DNA from: an archaeon
Lineage (GTDB): Archaea; Iainarchaeota; Iainarchaeia; Iainarchaeales; JAAZKV01
NCBI GenBank assembly: GCA_041650735.1
Contig: JBAZKP010000001.1
Location: forward strand, 240,786-304,785
Direction: 5' to 3'
Length of the DNA: 64,000 nucleotides
The notes under the pieces were generated by a model that searched no databases, was not told the DNA's origin, and worked only from the letters and a program-made list of their open reading frames with translations. Within the stretch, counting starts at the first letter, position 1. Each line of letters begins with the position of its first letter. Below, piece after piece: positions 60,530-64,000 of the stretch. The translations under genes and the position numbers were made by a program.

Positions 60530-61195
60530 ATGGTGGCTTTCAACAATCCCTTTAATAGTAATAATGAGGGAGTACAGAAAAATGAGGGTGCCTCAAGCGC
60601 GGAAACAGAAGAGAAAAGGAGTGTTGCTGAAAACAATGCTAAAAAGTTAGTTGGACAAGACAATCAAGAGAAGCAAACAGGGTATGAATCCAGAATTAAA
60701 GAACTTACAGAAACATTGCAAAGACTTCAAGCGGAATTCGAGAACTACCAAAAAAGAAGCACTAGACAGAATGAAGAGTACAGAGTTTTTGCAAATGCAA
60801 AACTCATTGAAGAATTATTGCCAGTGCTCGATGCGCTTGAACAAGGAATGCAACACAACAAAGAATTGGTATTAATGCATGAACAATTGTTTGGTATTTT
60901 GAAGAAAAATGGATTGCAAAAAATTCAAATTAAAGAAGGGCAAATGTTTGATCATGACAAAATGGAGTGCCTCTTGCAGGAAAAAAACGAGAAGTTTTGT
61001 GATGGAGCCATAGCAAGTATTTTACTTAACGGTTATTTGTTGAATGGAAAAATATTGCGACTGGCAAAAGTAAGTGTTAATATTAAGGAAAAGAAAGAAA
61101 AGGAAAAAACAAAAAATGAAAAACAAGAAACGACTGAACCAAAAAAAGAAGGGGTAACAAAAGTAGATTATGTAATAACAAAAATGGAGGAATAA
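60530..61195 (+). CDS. grpE: Nucleotide exchange factor GrpE
   Basis: RLQAEFENYQKR, LLPVLD, GY.LNGKILR.AKVSV. Confidence 0.95.
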   Translation: MVAFNNPFNSNNEGVQKNEGASSAETEEKRSVAENNAKKLVGQDNQEKQTGYESRIKELTETLQRLQAEFENYQKRSTRQNEEYRVFANAKLIEELLPVLDALEQGMQHNKELVLMHEQLFGILKKNGLQKIQIKEGQMFDHDKMECLLQEKNEKFCDGAIASILLNGYLLNGKILRLAKVSVNIKEKKEKEKTKNEKQETTEPKKEGVTKVDYVITKMEE

Positions 61196-61252
61196 TTCTT
61201 TCATTAAAAATAATTAATTTATATTTGGAGTAAAAAATTGGGGTGTGAAATT

Positions 61253-63106
61253 ATGGCTAAAATAATAGGAATAGATTTAGGAACAAGCAATAGTGCAGCA
61301 GCAGTTTTGGAAGGAGGAAAGCCAAAAATAATCCCTTCAGCAGAAGGAAACACAGTTTATGGAAAAGCTTTTCCAAGTTACGTGGCATTTTCCAAAGACG
61401 GAAAATTACTTGTAGGCGAACCCGCAAGAAGACAAGCAGTAACAAATCCTGACAGAACAATTACTAAAGCAAAAAGAAAAATAGGTACTGACTACAAATA
61501 TAAGATTGATAATAAAGAATACACTCCACAACAAATAAGTGCATTTATACTCCAAAAAATAAAACGCGATGCAGAAGCATTCTTAGGCGACAAAGTAGAA
61601 AAAGCAGTGATAACAGTTCCTGCCTATTTTGATGACAACCAAAGACAAGCGACAAAAGATGCAGGGCAAATAGCAGGATTAGAAGTTGTAAGAATAATAA
61701 ACGAGCCAACAGCAGCCTCACTAGCATATGGTTTAGATAAAAAAAATAAGGATTCAAAAATAATGGTTTTTGATTTAGGTGGAGGAACACTTGATGTAAC
61801 CATAATGGAATTAGGTTCAGGTGTTTTTGAAGTAAAATCAACTTCAGGGGATACGCAACTCGGCGGAACAGACATGGATGAAATAATGTTGAAATATATT
61901 GCTGATGAATTTAAGAAAAACCAAGGCTCAGATTTAATGAAAGATTCAATGGCGGTTCAAAGAGTAAGAGAAGCTGCAGAAAAAGCAAAAATAGAGCTCT
62001 CAACAGTTCTTGAAACAGAGATAAACCTTCCTTATATTACAGCTGATTCGACAGGACCAAAACACTTAGTAATGAAAATAAATCGTGCAAAATTAGAAGA
62101 ATTAATTCAACCACTTGTAAAAAGATGTGAAAAACCAATAACACAAGCACTTGCAGATGCAAAACTAGCTTCAGCCGATTTAGATAAAGTAATTCTTGTA
62201 GGAGGTCCAACAAGAATGCCGGTTATTTATGAATATGTAAAAAAAGTAACAGGATTAGAACCTGAAAGAGGAATTGACCCCATGGAATGTGTAGCAATGG
62301 GTGCGGCAGTACAAGGAGGAGTACTATCAGGAGAAGTAAAAGATGTTCTCTTGTTAGATGTAACTCCGCTAAGCCTCGGAATAGAAACTCTTGGGGGGGT
62401 GTTCACGAAATTAATTGATAGGAACACAACTATCCCTACAAAAAAATCACAAGTATTTTCAACAGCAGCTGATAACCAAACAGCAGTTGATATTCACGTG
62501 CTTCAAGGAGAAAGACCGCTTGCACGCGACAACAAAACATTAGGAAGATTCCAATTAATGGGAATCCTGCCTGCACCAAGAGGAATGCCTCAGATAGAAG
62601 TAATATTTGATATTGATGCAAATGGAATAGTGCATGTAACAGCAAAAGACAAAGGAACAGGAAAAGAAACAAGCATAAAAATAATTGCAACACAAAAACT
62701 TGATGAAGCTGAAATAGAAAGAATGAAAAAAGAAGCTGAATCACACGCAGATGAAGACAAAAAAGTAAAAGAAGAAATAGAAATCTTCAATAATGCGGAT
62801 GCGGCAGTTTACTCTACAGAAAAAATGCTTGAAGAACTAAAAGATAAATTAAATGAAGGGCAAAAGAAAAAAGTCCAGGACAGCCTTGAAGAGTTGAAAA
62901 AAGAACTTGCAAAGGAAGACAAAAAAGCATCTGAAATAAAAGCAAAAATGGATTTAATGAACAAAGCCCTTCAGGAAATAGGCTCGGAAGTATATGGAAA
63001 AATGAATCCTCAAGGAGAAGAAAACACAAACAATAATAAAGAACAAAGCAATAATGATGACAATGTGGTAGATGCGGAGTTTGAGGAAAAAGATAAGAAA
63101 AAATAA
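61253..63106 (+). CDS. dnaK: Chaperone DnaK
   Basis: [37 protein letters not shown]. Confidence 0.98.
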   Translation: MAKIIGIDLGTSNSAAAVLEGGKPKIIPSAEGNTVYGKAFPSYVAFSKDGKLLVGEPARRQAVTNPDRTITKAKRKIGTDYKYKIDNKEYTPQQISAFILQKIKRDAEAFLGDKVEKAVITVPAYFDDNQRQATKDAGQIAGLEVVRIINEPTAASLAYGLDKKNKDSKIMVFDLGGGTLDVTIMELGSGVFEVKSTSGDTQLGGTDMDEIMLKYIADEFKKNQGSDLMKDSMAVQRVREAAEKAKIELSTVLETEINLPYITADSTGPKHLVMKINRAKLEELIQPLVKRCEKPITQALADAKLASADLDKVILVGGPTRMPVIYEYVKKVTGLEPERGIDPMECVAMGAAVQGGVLSGEVKDVLLLDVTPLSLGIETLGGVFTKLIDRNTTIPTKKSQVFSTAADNQTAVDIHVLQGERPLARDNKTLGRFQLMGILPAPRGMPQIEVIFDIDANGIVHVTAKDKGTGKETSIKIIATQKLDEAEIERMKKEAESHADEDKKVKEEIEIFNNADAAVYSTEKMLEELKDKLNEGQKKKVQDSLEELKKELAKEDKKASEIKAKMDLMNKALQEIGSEVYGKMNPQGEENTNNNKEQSNNDDNVVDAEFEEKDKKK

Positions 63107-63316
63107 AAGGTGTTTAAGATAGAAGAAAAAATATTTGGTGAAAAATCCTCTGTTTTGAAAAATATTTCAAAACAGCAGGAAAAAATATTGCCTAATTCAA
63201 AGTCATCTAAAAAGCATGTTGTAAAGAATGCTGAAATATGGTATGCAAGCTAAGGGCAAGTAAAAAATCCAAACAAATATAAAATGAAAAGAAAATAAAT
63301 GTTTATTGGTGATTAA

Positions 63317-63580
63317 TTGGCGCGAAACTTAAGTTTTTTTCAAAAAATGAGGAGAAAAGTTTCTGGCGCAAGAATAAACTGGCTAAGCACAAGCGCCAGA
63401 CTTGCAGCAAATGAAGAATCAATGCAAAATGCTCTCTTGAGAACAGGTAAAGGGGATGTAGATAAAGTTATTTCTGCGCAAAAAAGGGCTCAAAAAGCTT
63501 CTGAAAAATATAAAAATGCGCGTTCAAATGAATTATTTCGAAGATTAAAAGAAAATGGCAGAGCCAAAAGAGGAAATTGA
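63317..63580 (+). CDS. Basic orphan protein between dnaK and dnaJ
   Basis: GGTGA RBS before TTG; 87 aa, R/K/A-rich. Confidence 0.6.
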   Translation: MARNLSFFQKMRRKVSGARINWLSTSARLAANEESMQNALLRTGKGDVDKVISAQKRAQKASEKYKNARSNELFRRLKENGRAKRGN

Positions 63581-63597
63581 GTTACTAAGTGATTCAG

Positions 63598-64000
63598 ATG
63601 GCTGATTATTATGAACTCCTCGGGCTCAAGAAAGGAGCTTCTCTTGATGAAATAAAAAAAGCTTACAAAGAAATGGCAAAAAAATATCATCCTGATGTTT
63701 CAAAAGAACCTGAGGCTGAAAAAAAATTCAAGGAAATAAATGAAGCTTACTCAGTTTTATCTGACCCTGAAAAGAAAGAAAACTATGATAATTACGGTGA
63801 AGCATACAAAGGATTTTCAGGTTACCAACAACAAGGCTTTGGCCAAGGAATGGATTTTGATTTTGAGGATTTGTTTAACCAATTCGGTTTTGGAAGCTTT
63901 TCAGGATTCTCTGACTTAAACGAAATGTTCGGTTCAGGTTCAAGAAAACAAAAACGCGACACAGGCTCAAACATAAAATTAAATTTATCCTTATCCTTTG
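63598..64000 (+). CDS. dnaJ: Chaperone DnaJ (truncated by window end)
   Basis: MADYYELLG...KKYHPD...[17 protein letters not shown]-rich region. Confidence 0.96.
   Translation, partial: MADYYELLGLKKGASLDEIKKAYKEMAKKYHPDVSKEPEAEKKFKEINEAYSVLSDPEKKENYDNYGEAYKGFSGYQQQGFGQGMDFDFEDLFNQFGFGSFSGFSDLNEMFGSGSRKQKRDTGSNIKLNLSLSF

Noticed and set aside
63110..63253. 47-aa ORF after dnaK
   Set aside because: No clear RBS or motif; could be real but unsupported

Overview
AT-rich archaeal chromosomal window (radA, TFE, aTrm56, DTD2, SRP RNA, BRE/TATA promoters, GGTGA-type RBS). The gene mix suggests a DPANN archaeon, probably Iainarchaeota/Diapherotrites (inference). 1-12 kb: nucleotide and translation genes, several of bacterial type (glyA, tandem ThyX, queuine-type TGT, a long RelA-like RSH divergent from an HPF-like gene), SRP RNA and four tRNAs. 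12.8-16.2 kb: AT-rich, repeat-bearing segment with an ORB-like motif, a wHTH gene, a PRC-barrel gene and xerA (candidate replication origin). 21-26 kb: surface proteins. 28.5-58 kb: an isoprenoid/energy supercluster with ferredoxin-GGR, GGPPS, IDI-2, a GltD/NfnB-like oxidoreductase, class II HMGR, HMGS-thiolase-DUF35, MVK, UbiX-UbiD-AcnX (anhydromevalonate-phosphate route), IPK, POR and ADP-forming acetyl-CoA synthetase. It ends with a wHTH regulator divergent from grpE-dnaK-dnaJ. Strongly basic orphan ORFs are repeatedly wedged inside conserved operons, and several unannotated Cys-rich microproteins are present. No CRISPR array, rRNA or clear IS/provirus was seen. All calls come from reading motifs by eye; no database search was run.
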